Source: Haliotis cracherodii | Lineage: Eukaryota | Assembly: GCF_022045235.1 (NCBI RefSeq) | Contig: NW_027266297.1 | Location: forward strand, 67,146,001-67,210,000 | Reading direction: 5' to 3' | DNA length: 64,000 bases | Shown here: piece after piece, positions 42,901 to 53,845 of the stretch | How the letters are laid out: every line of letters begins with the position of its first letter | Position numbering within the stretch: position 1 is the stretch's first letter | The notes under the pieces: model-generated | Seen by the model: the letters and a program-made list of their open reading frames with translations, nothing else | What the model was told of the DNA's origin: nothing | Databases searched by the model: none | Translations under genes and position numbers: made by a program

Positions 42901-45900
42901 CCGAATGATCAAATTCAGAACAATCTTCTGTAGTTGCAGGGTTCAATAAATTTATAAAATACAATGCCCAAACGTCAGGTGATATTGTATTACTGGAGTT
43001 CTTGTTTTGAAGAGCACCTGTAAGTGTAACCCAGAATCTGTTACAGTCATTGTGCCTTTGCTTCAATATATTTTTGCAAATGTGCACAGTTATATTTTCG
43101 TAACTTGTTCAGTAGTCCATATTGTTCAGATTTATATTGAACACAGTCATCATCAAAGCAAGAAGGTTGTGGTCTTCTAGTTTGCTTAGATGCTTTATCA
43201 TAATCTCCTCCATTTACAGCACTGTGAATCATAATTTTGGATAATTTGTCAACGGCTTTGTTAATGTTATCACCTAATATCAGTGAGACGTTTCCATACA
43301 TAATCTGACCCAAAGGTTTCAACTGGTAGAATATATTATTTGGGGCAACATTTTAAGAGCTTGTGAGAGTTTCATATGTGTTCGACGAGTGTGATATACG
43401 GATAATACCCCGATGTTGCAGCACCATATCATCCTGTCTGTCAGCTGTTGCCCATATCACATGGCACGACATCGTCAAACCCTGCAGGCCAAATATGTCA
43501 GAGTTCAGAGGAGTCCTAGTCGCCAAAACAACAGGTAATAGATACAGAATAGAAGTAAAATCACATCTCAACGTAGTGCGCTGAACAGAGTTCATTAAGC
43601 AGGCTCATTTGAAAGACGCGGGGTTTGTGTTTAGCAAATCATACTTAGGGAATATACATTTAAGAGTCAAGATTCATTGTGTCCACGTATGTGTGTATGT
43701 GTGTGTGTAGAAGTGAGTGAGTGAGTTAAAATTTTAAGTCACATTGGCAATGTTTCAGCCATATCGTGACTATCAATAGTTAAACAAAATACATAAAGTG
43801 AAACTTATATCAAAACCTGTCAACGAAGGACAGTAAAATAACTAGATTTATCACGGGAAAAGATATAAAACTAGTACGGAATAATAAAAGAGAATAGCAC
43901 TATGCATTACGATACAAGATAAAAACGGGCTACAGATCGCCAGCAACTGAAGGTAGACCACCATACTGGGGACCGTGTGTGGAAGAGGGAGGATAATATT
44001 TAAGAAGACAGATGTTTTACATATCCAAGCAAACCGTTTCGAGTGACTCACCACTTTGTAGCTGGATGTCATACATGTCGTGATGCCAAACAAAGATGCC
44101 AAAATGAAGTGTTTACGTTTTGTGTGTTATATTACCAAACTCCTATAATTGACTGCTTAATTTATACCCAGTGGTGATGTGTGGCGTTCTCAGTTGCATA
44201 TTGGCTGTTGTCGTCTCTGAAGCTGGAACGAAAACCCTGAACCAGGTTGGTCCACTGTCCACGTTAATCAACCTTATGGAAGATTTAATTAAAATTCTAA
44301 TTTTAAACGATAATACAAAGATCGATCGCTTGACGCTTACAGTCATTATTAATTTTCCAACTAAATGTCATGTTCGTTAGGCTACTTGATCTAAGCTCAT
44401 TATGTAATGTATATGTTTAAGACGTAAGGGACGGTTGGGTTAATAGTTAAAACTGGGTTAGAATAGGCAGTTGGGTTAGAATAGTTAAAACTACTGAGTT
44501 CGATTCCCAAAATGAGTACTATGGGAATGAACCCATTCATTCTTCTCTTTGCCTCTGTATAAGGAATATCTCTATACCCTATGCCCGTTTTCTCACTTTA
44601 AGACTTTGGGATAAATTGCTGTAACCCACATATGTCACACCAGAATACCAATTCAAATATGTGTTTAAATATTTGCCTCGGGTGCATATTCTGTTTCAGA
44701 TCGTCTACACCCTATTGTCCATTGCCAGAAGTCCTTTAAATGCTCTGTTCTACCTAGGAGCTTTGTTTCCGTTTGTCAACACTAAGGTAAAACATATCCT
44801 TGTTTGCTATAAAATAAAAGAAATAAGTAGATAGTAAAGAATAAGGAGTTGTATGTGTTTTAGGGGTTGTCTTATAGCACAAGTTATGGCACAATATATA
44901 TGTTCGTGAATGAACAGGGTGCCATCACAGGCCTGCTAGCAGGTGTCAGCCTCATGCTGTGGTTGTCCATAGGATCCATGTACTCCTCTGCCGGATCAGC
45001 CAGCACCTACCTTCCTTCGGCCCCAACAGACAACTGCCCAGGGTTCAATGTGACTTCATCATCCTTCGTCAATTTTACCTCCACCATCGTTCCGGAACAG
45101 AATGAAGTCGTCAAGAGCAGGTACCGTGTACCATTGTTGTGTGATGAGAAGAAGAATTCATTTCATCTTCAGTGTAGCCGTCAATTTTTGTAAAATAGTC
45201 ATGAATATTTGAGTATTATTATGTAACATTCAAGAAATTGGACAAATCTTGTACATATACATGCCATAGGTTCTCTATGAAAAAGTCTAAAACAAATGAG
45301 AGTGCGTTAAATGGGAATCGAATCCCGTCAATATTTCGGACTTTTCACTGGGTATGAATAATTTTCTTCAGAAGAATCTTTTTTTCTCAATCTAAAATTT
45401 GAAAAAAACGTGTCATTTGGCTTGGCCAAATGGAAACCACGTGATTTAAATATTACGTTTCCACATTCTGCTAACCAGGCGAGTTCACGAATACTTGTGA
45501 CGTCGTCCATTGTTTCACGACACCCTCGCATTCCAAGATGATGTAGCATTACAGAATGACATCATGTCTGTCTCACAACTAAGAGAGTTAACGTGGAGAG
45601 AATGTGTGCCAGTATGGTAACTGAGGACGAAATCTGCCAAAACCACGCAACAATAGAATCAACGTTTGATTTGGCTCTAAATCCCCTTTTGTACTGGATT
45701 CCAAAGCTCCATAAAAATCCGTACAACGAGAAATGATATTACTTGGGCCAGCACATGAATCACCGTCTGCCTTTCCCAAAGTTTAACCACATTCCCCAAC
45801 ACAATTATCATAAAACTCCTGCTCAAAGGTTGTTAGGGCCAGGATATCACCTTTTCGCGAACGCCTGGTGTCATCACTATTTGATTCATGATTCATGAAC

Positions 45901-47286
45901 GCTTGCTTATGATTTAGTCGTGATCATACAATTGACTGTGCTTGCAATGTAGTAAATACATGTACTTCTTATGATTATGGAAAAAAACGTTTGACGCTTT
46001 TATTCAGAACATGACTGATAACGTTTGTATTTTACAATGTCGATAAACATATGGAATATACAATAGAACCCGAAAATCTGAAAACACCTAACGTTTATCT
46101 TCTAAATATAATATGGATATATAGACTCGTATTACTACTACGTAGCATGACCATATCGCTACAGATCTGACCTGGATACCCTGTACAACCTTTCCTACAC
46201 TCTGTTCTCCACGATGGCTATTGGGACTGTATTGCTGGTCGGGTTGGTTACCAGTTTCCTGACAGGTGGGTGTGGTGTCCTTCATTCCACAATTGGTTGA
46301 AATGTTCAAATCTTTCATTTTTGTCCAATCCAACTATTTCACATTTTCATATTTTCTATTTACAGTTCATTCCATTTATTATTTGTATTTCTATTAAATA
46401 TTTTATTATCATACATATAATTTGAAGATTTGGGGTGCCGTTTTCGTTTTACTTTGCCTGTTGTCTTGCCTTTTTCATGTTTGTTGTTTTTGTTTGTTGT
46501 TCTGTTTGTTTTGTGTTTGTGTGTTACTGCTATATAAAACCTTCCATTTCCGTCAATTTTAAACTCACTTGACTCCATAGACATTGTCTTGGAATAACAC
46601 TGAATTGACAGTACTTTAAGTTGGGAAAAGTGCTCTTCTTACACTTCTAAATCTAGACCCTGAACACACACAATCTGTTGTAGGGGGCAACGAGAAGCCA
46701 ATTGATCCCGACTGCCTCATCCGTCTGGAGGACATCCAGTGTTGGTGTGTACCCGACTCACTGAGGACAACGCCCAAACCCACAAGGTCGGGGGACTACG
46801 AACTGGTAAGTAAGGAAGGTACTGTATTATCAAGGCTATTCTATGAATATGGGCACATTACTGAATTCTCTCGATACTGCTGTGACTTTCTTCTGTAATG
46901 CGCAGAACATTAATCCATGATCAACACCAACACTCGCTCACTTAGAAGAACCAACCACCTCACCCACTGCAAACAAGCTTGAAAATTATATACATATTAA
47001 GTATACAGCGCACTTGTACGCAATCTTCTGTATGTGCATGATGTACTTATGAAAATGATTTGGTGAGATTCGTCCCTTGTCCAATGAGTTGTGGATGATA
47101 GAAGCACAAATTATCACAACCCACCTTTGGTTCTGTATCCAGTGATGAGATCATGTTTCTGTTGACTTTCAGACGCCAGTGGAAGGTGATCCTGTGCTTG
47201 GTGAAGACATTAGTGTGGACAAGAGGGTTCCTACGCGTTCCTTCAGTGCTACCGAAGCTGCACTGGCAGGGGACAGTAATATGTGA
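29450..47286 (+). CDS. SLC5A8/SLC5A12-like sodium:solute symporter, paralog C (complete, 16 coding exons, 616 aa)
   Basis: Exons 29450-29782, 30232-30300, 30605-30656, 31072-31139, 34756-34836, 35269-35339, 35492-35629, 40383-40518, 40621-40709, 43422-43534, 44172-44245, 44700-44786, 44918-45120, 46165-46265, 46684-46805, 47173-47286. Total 1851 nt, open frame ending ...AGDSNM*. All introns GT-AG; phases match paralog B, sizes too except exons 1 and 13. Confidence 0.93.
29797..29965 (-). mobile_element. SINE family C, 3' part
   Basis: Matches the 3056 and 57805 copies; starts about 15 nt into intron 1 of paralog C. Confidence 0.8.
30445..30510. repeat. (TA)n(TG)n microsatellite
   Basis: Seen directly. 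Confidence 0.95.
30854..30925. repeat. (TA)n microsatellite
   Basis: Seen directly. Confidence 0.95.
32860..33828. mobile_element. Non-autonomous hAT-like MITE
   Basis: Right end TAGGGCTGCAACG on minus strand, degenerate left end, clustered subterminal CGATA/TATCG motifs at both ends, 8-bp TSD ATCATGCT/ATCATGCC. Confidence 0.7.
35820..39330 (-). mobile_element. Decayed near-full-length non-LTR retrotransposon (LINE; RTE-X/CR1-group-like) in intron 7 of paralog C
   Basis: ORF1-like relic at about 38750-39330; APE relic NVSGL..FDFIGITETW near 38400-38480; RT relic LDFAKAF..LW..LYKNVKVCVR..GVRQGCML at 37222-37480; many stops and frameshifts. Clade tentative. Confidence 0.8.
37510..37612 (-). 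mobile_element. SINE family C fragment nested in LINE
   Basis: CATCGATCCACGCAATTG...CAAGTCAGCGAGC...GATCCCGTTAGTCGCC matches family C. Confidence 0.7.
39815..40150. repeat. Degenerate minisatellite (about 33 bp); related copy at about 49530-49960
   Basis: Recurrent GGATA(T/C)AGCACTAGTT...ACACAGA units upstream of both exon-8 copies. Confidence 0.6.
40970..43340 (-). mobile_element. Decayed 5'-truncated LINE (RTE-X-like) in intron 9 of paralog C
   Basis: Relics CAFVDFKKAFD, GVRQGC, LLFADD, PILLYGSEIWG..IEKVH and VKYWIKLLRME. Confidence 0.85.
41935..42207 (+). mobile_element. SINE family B nested in LINE
   Basis: Full-length match to the 27740 copy. Confidence 0.88.
43712..43975 (-). mobile_element. 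Retroposon 3' end with (ACTC)n tail (family E; possible LINE 3' UTR)
   Basis: Tail shared with 6568 and 16135; no tRNA head seen; inner boundary approximate. Confidence 0.5.
45640..45950 (+). mobile_element. Naiad-type Penelope-like relic with large internal deletion
   Basis: LYWIPKLHKNPY (start of RT region) near 45690 joined within about 150 nt to the 3' terminal motif TTTTCGCGAACGCCTGGTGTCATCACTATTTG. Confidence 0.65.
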
Positions 47287-47372
47287 CAACTGGATTATTA
47301 AACTGCTGCGAATTATACGTGTGTGTCTGATTCGTTGTTCATGTATAATAACTCGTATGAAAATATGCAGCT

Positions 47373-47378
47373 AATAAA
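47373..47378 (+). terminator. Probable polyadenylation signal of SLC5 paralog C
   Basis: AATAAA 87 nt after the stop codon; an AATAAA also follows the duplicated last exon (53261-53266). Confidence 0.5.
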
Positions 47379-48029
47379 CAAATAACCTTCAAGTCCGTTA
47401 ATTTACTCTTTTATCTAAACTTAAATGACATATTGTATCTGGTAAGTGTTAGACTGTCTTCCTTCCTGCAAACGACTGGCAGTCCTCGTAAATGCGTATA
47501 CACCAAACGAGCTGATAAGTATTTACCCTATGCAACATTGACATGGGATCGAGAAAACATGAGAAAATAGGCTCGTTTTTGTTTTATAATATTTCAAACT
47601 GGTAGCCAAATGGTTTAAGGCAACGGAATTTGTTGTCCAAATATGACAATTATCCTGCCGGTGTCACTTTACCTGATGTGTTATCTTCAATTATACATGT
47701 GACCTTTTTTTGTAAGTTTCACATTCACTTTTCTCTGGTACTGATGTTCATGGAGGACGTAGCATCGGACCATGACTTCAGGAACTCTTACTTGACTCAG
47801 TGCACTAGTTTCCTTAATTCATCAAGTTAATCGTTAAGATGTTTTATTTAATTCTTCAACTAGGATAGGATAAGTACAGAATCTGTCATACAATGTTGCC
47901 TTTTTCAAGCAACTATAACACGTTTATCGAGGTTTTTTTAATGTCTAGACAATATGTGACAAGTTAATAAGCCTTCAAAATGTGTCTTTTCTCTTTGTCA
48001 CAATCTAAAAAAAGCGACAAAACCCTTTT

Positions 48030-48760
48030 CATAATAATAGGAACTCACCGCATAAAGCAGAGTCCATTGTACGATTCCAATTATAGCATAAATATGTGTA
48101 AGTATCACGGGAACATAGGTGAAAATAGGGAAGTTTATTGGACATCATTTTTGTCACTGATGCCTCAACTTGGGAAAGGTCCTCCACATGTCTACCATAA
48201 AAGTATTTGAAATCTTTACTGGTGCTTTGAATATAGTAACCTTGATCAAACAACTTCTGAACAAGAGTCGTATGACGATCTTTGGAATCTTCGAAAAAAG
48301 AGCATCCTCGGCTGTACCTTACAAGCTGTGAAATGTAGACACCAAAGACTGGAGCTGCTGGGTTGGTGCTCGACATAAAAGTGAAAGTTGACTTTTGGAA
48401 AACTGAAGTCATCCCACTTGTCATACAGTATTGAGGAAAGCGTTTTGTCATCTAAATCTTTATGTATTGATCTAAATATGAAACAGATGAAGCGTTCTCA
48501 TTGGTTTCTTTTATTTCTAGTTCAGGTTAGTTAATCTGTGGGAATTGGCTATTTGATAATTATTGGACGATATCAGATCATCGATATAGCGGAAGCTTAA
48601 GTTAATCTTCTCGGCCAAATTACCTTGTTTTGACTATCCCCAGCAGAAATTCTGATTCACATGCATGAAGAAATTAGTAACAAATAGTGCTCAATTCTTG
48701 CCTTAATGTCATACCGACACATGTTACATAGATGTTATCAATGTGGAAATCTCGTAGTCA
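48030..48760 (-). mobile_element. Penelope-like (probably Naiad-type) reverse transcriptase fragment
   Basis: NLSFRYIDDLI catalytic motif near 48570-48603, LEIKETN..SSVSYLD, PAAPVFGVYISQLVRYSRGC..QKLFDQGY and FYGRH. Confidence 0.8.
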
Positions 48761-48849
48761 AAGCTGATATTGCTTCTGACGACCGCTCATAACATTTATA
48801 TTTAATGATACTCTACCTTTTGGGGAGTGATATATAGGAAGGTAGGTAG

Positions 48850-48870
48850 GTGTGTGTTTGTGTGTTTGTG

Positions 48871-48909
<39 letters not shown>

Positions 48910-48910
48910 A
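48850..48910. repeat. (TG)n/(TGCG)n microsatellite
   Basis: Seen directly. Confidence 0.9.
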
Positions 48911-49248
48911 TTGTTCACAGCACAATGGTCTTACGAAGAATTCCTTTTGACAATGATGACACACAACGCTAACCATTAAAGATGAGTGATAATAACATAC
49001 CTGGCGTGTTAGAAAAACCTGTACAAAATGCGAAGATACCTTAAATGGATGCTACGATCATATTTCTCTACGGTTCATTAATATACTACCTTGATGCAAC
49101 GTCAAAATTAATGCAACGCTAATTAATAGGTTAATCCATAACAGTTTCCACTGAAATATTGTCATGTCCACATGCGTGATGCGCAACACGCATAGAACAA
49201 TATCATTTGTTAATCAAAAGTGTGTGTGAAGTCTTTGATGGGCATTTA

Positions 49249-49530
49249 GAGTGAGTGAGTGAGTTGGGTTTAACGCTGCTTTTAACAGTATTACAGTCAT
49301 ATCGCGGCGTGTCAGCTTAATGTGGGAGGAAAGCCCGAAATGATGCAGGTCTCAGACATTAACCACTTCGGTGAAACCCACGAGCACGGGTATGGTGCTG
49401 CCAAACCTAGAAACATAATTAGGGCGAACCGGGATTCGAACCCACAATCATAGGTTTCTGGCGCGCCCAAGGGACGCAACTCTGCGCAGCGAATCCCGGC
49501 GCCTTAGACGACTGGGCCACCCGCGTCCCC
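49249..49530 (-). mobile_element. SINE family B
   Basis: Reverse-complement full-length match to the 27740 copy. Confidence 0.88.
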
Positions 49531-49596
49531 AGAAGACATAAGATATCAGACTAGTTGTACATAGAGGTAAGTGAATATAGCAATACGTGTACATAG

Positions 49597-49761
49597 TGAG
49601 TGAGTGAGTATGGTTTTACGCCGCTTTTAGCAATATTCCAGCAATATCACGGCGGGGGACACCAGAAATGGGCTTCACACAATGTACCCATATCGGGAAT
49701 CGAACCCGGATCTTCGGCGTGACAAGCGAACGCTTTGACCACTAGGATACCCGACCGCCCC
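49597..49761 (-). mobile_element. SINE family A with perfect 12-bp TSD
   Basis: TSD ACGTGTACATAG at 49585-49596 and 49762-49773. Confidence 0.92.
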
Positions 49762-50667
49762 ACGTGTACATAGAGGTCTTAACATAGTTGTACACAGAGG
49801 TAGAAGATATCAGACTAGATGTACGTGAAGGGTAATGGATGTAGCAGTATTTGTACACAGCTCGGTTAATAAAACACTAGTAATACACAGGTCATTGGTT
49901 GCACTCAGTGGACGGTTAACATAGCACTAGCTGTATACATTAGTTAGAAGATACATGTACATCACTGGTTACAACACAAATTACAGAAGTTAAAGCATCG
50001 GTGTTTACATTCAGGGCTATCCTTGTCACCATCCCTGCTTTCCCTATTATCCTGCTGATGGGCCTAGCTCAGGGGATTGTCGCATACGGCTACTATGACC
50101 ACAAACGATGCGATCCGGTAGACTTACAGCAGATCAGCTCTCTCAATCAGGTATTCAACTTAGTAATTTTTACAGAGAAAATCAAATCAGCTGATGAAGG
50201 TATGAAGCATCTCCTATGACACAAATAATAAATGTATGTGTAAATTACTGAATTTCGGAAACTGTCCTTTTTCACCTTGCACCTGGCCTGTTCCGAAATC
50301 TATTTTGTATTTTTCTTGGCAGCTCTTTCCAGTGCTACGCTAAGGTAAACGCGTCAACTTTACAAACTTGTCAGTTTCAATGATATGCATCTCAAGGCTC
50401 TATTTGGAATTAGAGAAACAAACCTTTCATCTGCAAAAAAAAAAATCTGCCAAAAGCAGAGTCGATTATGGGATACTATGATACACGATACTTGAGGATA
50501 TGACTCCTACACAATAATGTGACGACTTGAAACTGATTATTTATAATTATTTAACATAGTTGAACGAAAACTCATACCTGTCAATGTGCATAATATCCAT
50601 ATGAAGTGCCTTTTGTCATATTAGTTGTGGTTTGCTGCACTCAAGCAGCCTGTGGTTCTGTAACCAG

Positions 50668-52172
50668 TGTAGAGTTCATGTTTCTATGTCGAGTTCATTT
50701 CTCTGTGTCGAGTTCATGTTTCTATGCCGAATTTATGTCGCTTTGTCGAGTTCATGTTTCTCTGTCGAGTTCATGTTTCTATGCCGAATTTATGTCTCTC
50801 TGTCGAGTTCATGTTTTTGTGTCGAGTGCATCTCTCTAGTTCGAGTTCATGTCTCTATGTCGAGTTCATGTTTCTATGTCGAGTTCATGTCTCTATGTCG
50901 AGTTCATGTTTCTATGTCGAGTTCATGTTTCTATGTCGAGTGCATGTCTCTGTGTCGAATTTATGTCTCTTTGTCAAGTTCATGTTTCTCTGTCTAGTTC
51001 ATGTTTCTAAGCCGAATTTATGTCTATCTGTCGAGTTCATGTTTCTATGTCGAGTGCATGTCTCTGTGTCGAGTTCATGTCTCTATGTCGAGTTCATGTT
51101 TCTATGTTGAGTGCATGTCTCTGTGTCGAGTTCATGTCTTTGTGTCGAGTTCATGTTTCTATATCGAGTTCATGTCTCTGTGTCGAGTTCATGTCTCTAT
51201 GTCGAGTTCATGTTTCTATGTCGAGTTCATGTCTCTGTGTCGAGTTCATGTCTCTATGTCGAGTTCATGTTTCTATGTCGAGTTCATGTTTCTTTGTCGA
51301 GTTCATGTTTCTATGTAGAATTTCTATTCCTATATTGAATTCATGTTTCTATGTCGATTTCATGTTTCTATGTTGAGTTCGTGTTTCTATGTCGAGTTCA
51401 TGCCCCTGGTCGATCGTGGGGTGGTCGGGTAGCCCAGTGGTTATATCGTTTGCTCGTCACGCAGAAGACCCTGGTTCGATTCCCGACATGGGTACAATGT
51501 GTGAAGCCCCTTTCTGCTGTTCCTGATATTCATGGAAAATTCCTAAAAGCGGTGTAAAACTAAACCTCACTCACTCACTGTGTCGAGTTCATGTCTCTTT
51601 GTCGAGTTCATGTCTCTATGTCGAGTTCATGTCTCTATGTCGAGTTCATGTCTCTATGTCAAGTTCATGTCTCTATGTCGAGTTCATGTCTTTGTGTCCA
51701 GTTCATGTCTCTATGTCGAGTTCATGTTTCTACGTCGAGTTCATGTCTCTCAGTCGAGTTCATGTCTCTGTGTCGAGTTCATGTCTCTGTGTCCAGTTCA
51801 TGTCTCTATGTCGAGTTCATGTTTCTATGTCGAGTTCATGTCTCTATGTCGAGTTAATGTTTCTATGTCGAGTTCATGTCTTTATGCAGAGTTCATGTCT
51901 TTGTGTCCAGTTCATGTCTCTATGTCGAGTTCATGTTTCTACGTCCAGTTCATGTGTCTATGTCGACTTCATGTCTCTATGTCGAGTTCATGTCTCTGTG
52001 TCCAGTTCATGTCTCTATGTCGAGTTCATGTTTCTATGTCGAGTTAATGTTTCTATGTCGAGTTAATGTTTCTATGTCGAGTTCATGTTTCTATGTCGAG
52101 TTCAGGTCTCTATGTCGAGTTCATCTCTCTGTGTCCAGTTCATGTTTCTTTGTCGAGTTCATGTTTCTGTGT
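50668..52172. repeat. 19-bp minisatellite GTCGAGTTCATGT(T/C)TCTAT, about 70 units
   Basis: Direct tandem units in two blocks split by a SINE. Confidence 0.95.
51418..51579 (+). mobile_element. SINE family A inside the 19-bp array
   Basis: GGGTAGCCCAGTGGTT...GGTTCGATTCCC...CTCACTCACTCAC. Confidence 0.85.
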
Positions 52173-53384
52173 TAACTTTATTACATAACGTCAAAGTATT
52201 AGTAAAAGACGAAAACGGCAAGCTGGTTTGAACTGAACACATTCTATGAGAAGAGTGAGTCCAGTTTTTGTTCCTTGGTCATTTTGATGACTGACTAGAA
52301 TCCATTGATTGTGGTGATAATACTGACAACAATACCACAGGCGTTGTCTGCTTGCAGAGTGAAGGTTCTTCCCTGTAAAGTAATTTCGTCACTGGGAAAT
52401 CCCCCTACATTTCCTCCTCCATGACGGGAGACCGACGATCTTAATGTACGACAATGAAAATAAGTCAATGAATTTACAAATGGAAAAAGAACGCTTTGTG
52501 AATCGGGTGTAAGTATTTGTAAACTTATCATAATTTCGACCGTCAACTGTTACGATCTTTGTAACTTACGGACACTTTGTGGATCGGATCTCTGATCTCC
52601 ATCAATTATCATCCATCCATGCTAAACAACAACACTCGCTGACATGGAAGAGCCAACTAGCTCAACCACAACAAACAAGCCTGGAATTAATACATAAGTA
52701 TACAACTCATCAATGCTGTCATATACAGCAATGAGACAATATTAAACTGATATCATTTGATGCACTTTAACACAAACTTATTTTAAAATATACTTATTTA
52801 AAAAAAACTCGTGATATTCGTCCTTTTGTCAAGGGAGTTTGGGATGACTGAAGCACACATCTATTGTTTCTATTGCCTTTCAGACGCCGGCTAAGGGTAG
52901 TCATGTGTTTGGTGAAAACCTGCACACGTCTGTTGTTTTCACTTTCAGACGCCAGTGGAAGGTATGTATTGTTTCTATTGACTTTCAGACGCCAGGTAAG
53001 GGTATTCATGTGTTTGGTGAAAACCTGCACACGTCTGTTGTTTTGACTTTCAGACGCCAGTGGAAGGTGATCCTGTGCTTGGTGAAGACCTGGTAGGGGA
53101 CCAGAGAGATCCCTACACGTTCCTTCAGTGCCACCAAAGCCACCTGTACTGGCAGGGAACGGTGCTTTATAACTATTGGACTAACTGATGCGAATAATAC
53201 TTGTGTCTCTCATTCGTCATTCGTGTGGAAAACCCCATACCTTACCATTACAGTTGATTAAATAAAACCAGACCATAAAAGTGTTTTGACTTTGATCAAG
53301 CCTTTAATTACATCAAGGAACCTGTTTTCAAACTGGAAGTCCTCGTAAACGTGTCTCCTCCAAAAGAACATATCAGTATGGAAC

Positions 53385-53640
53385 GCGTGTTTGCATCAGT
53401 GACAAAAATGCTTTCCGATGCAGTCCCTGTTTTGACTGGTTCCATATGTTCCTGTGTTTTTACAGGTGAACAATTGCTTTGCCTTTGCATGTGTTTGTGA
53501 CGTTACCACCGTTGGGGCGGGATACGCTCACGTTTTCGCGAACACCAAGTATCATCACTATTTGATAGTGATTCATAAACACATGCTCATGATATAGTCG
53601 GAATCGTACCAGCGACTCTGTTTTATGCAGAGATTTCTAT
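53385..53640 (+). mobile_element. Naiad-type Penelope-like 3' end relic
   Basis: Shares GTGACAAAAATG...GATGCA and the terminal motif with the 4920, 45850 and 58620 copies. Confidence 0.6.
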
Positions 53641-53677
53641 TGGATATGGAACGGTTTTGCTTAAGCAACATTAACGT

Positions 53678-53845
53678 TTGAGTGTGAGTATGTCTTTTAC
53701 GCCATTTTGAGCAAAATACCAGCAACAACACCAAAGGGAAAACCGAGGGGGACACAAGAAATGGGTTTCACACAGTGTCGGGTATCGAAACAGGACAGGC
53801 GTGACGAGCGAACGGTTTAACCACGAGGCTACCTCAGGTCCACCG
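53678..53845 (-). mobile_element. SINE family A, diverged
   Basis: GTGAGTATG..TTTTACGCC...GGCGTGACGAGCGAACG.TTTAACCAC. Confidence 0.7.

Larger units (their letters stand above)
49989..53270 (+). pseudogene. Partial decayed duplicate of paralog C (exon 8, broken exon 9, intron 15 and exon 16)
   Basis: Intact exon-8 copy at 50015-50150. Exon-9 copy at about 50259-50344 has its acceptor CAG changed to CGG plus indels. Intron-15-like sequence from about 52620. Exon-16 copy at 53054-53188 has a frameshift. Exons 10-15 not found; a satellite occupies most of the gap. Confidence 0.8.

Noticed and set aside
50606-52175. Many overlapping Cys/Ser-rich ORFs
   Set aside because: Translation artefacts of a largely stop-free 19-bp satellite.
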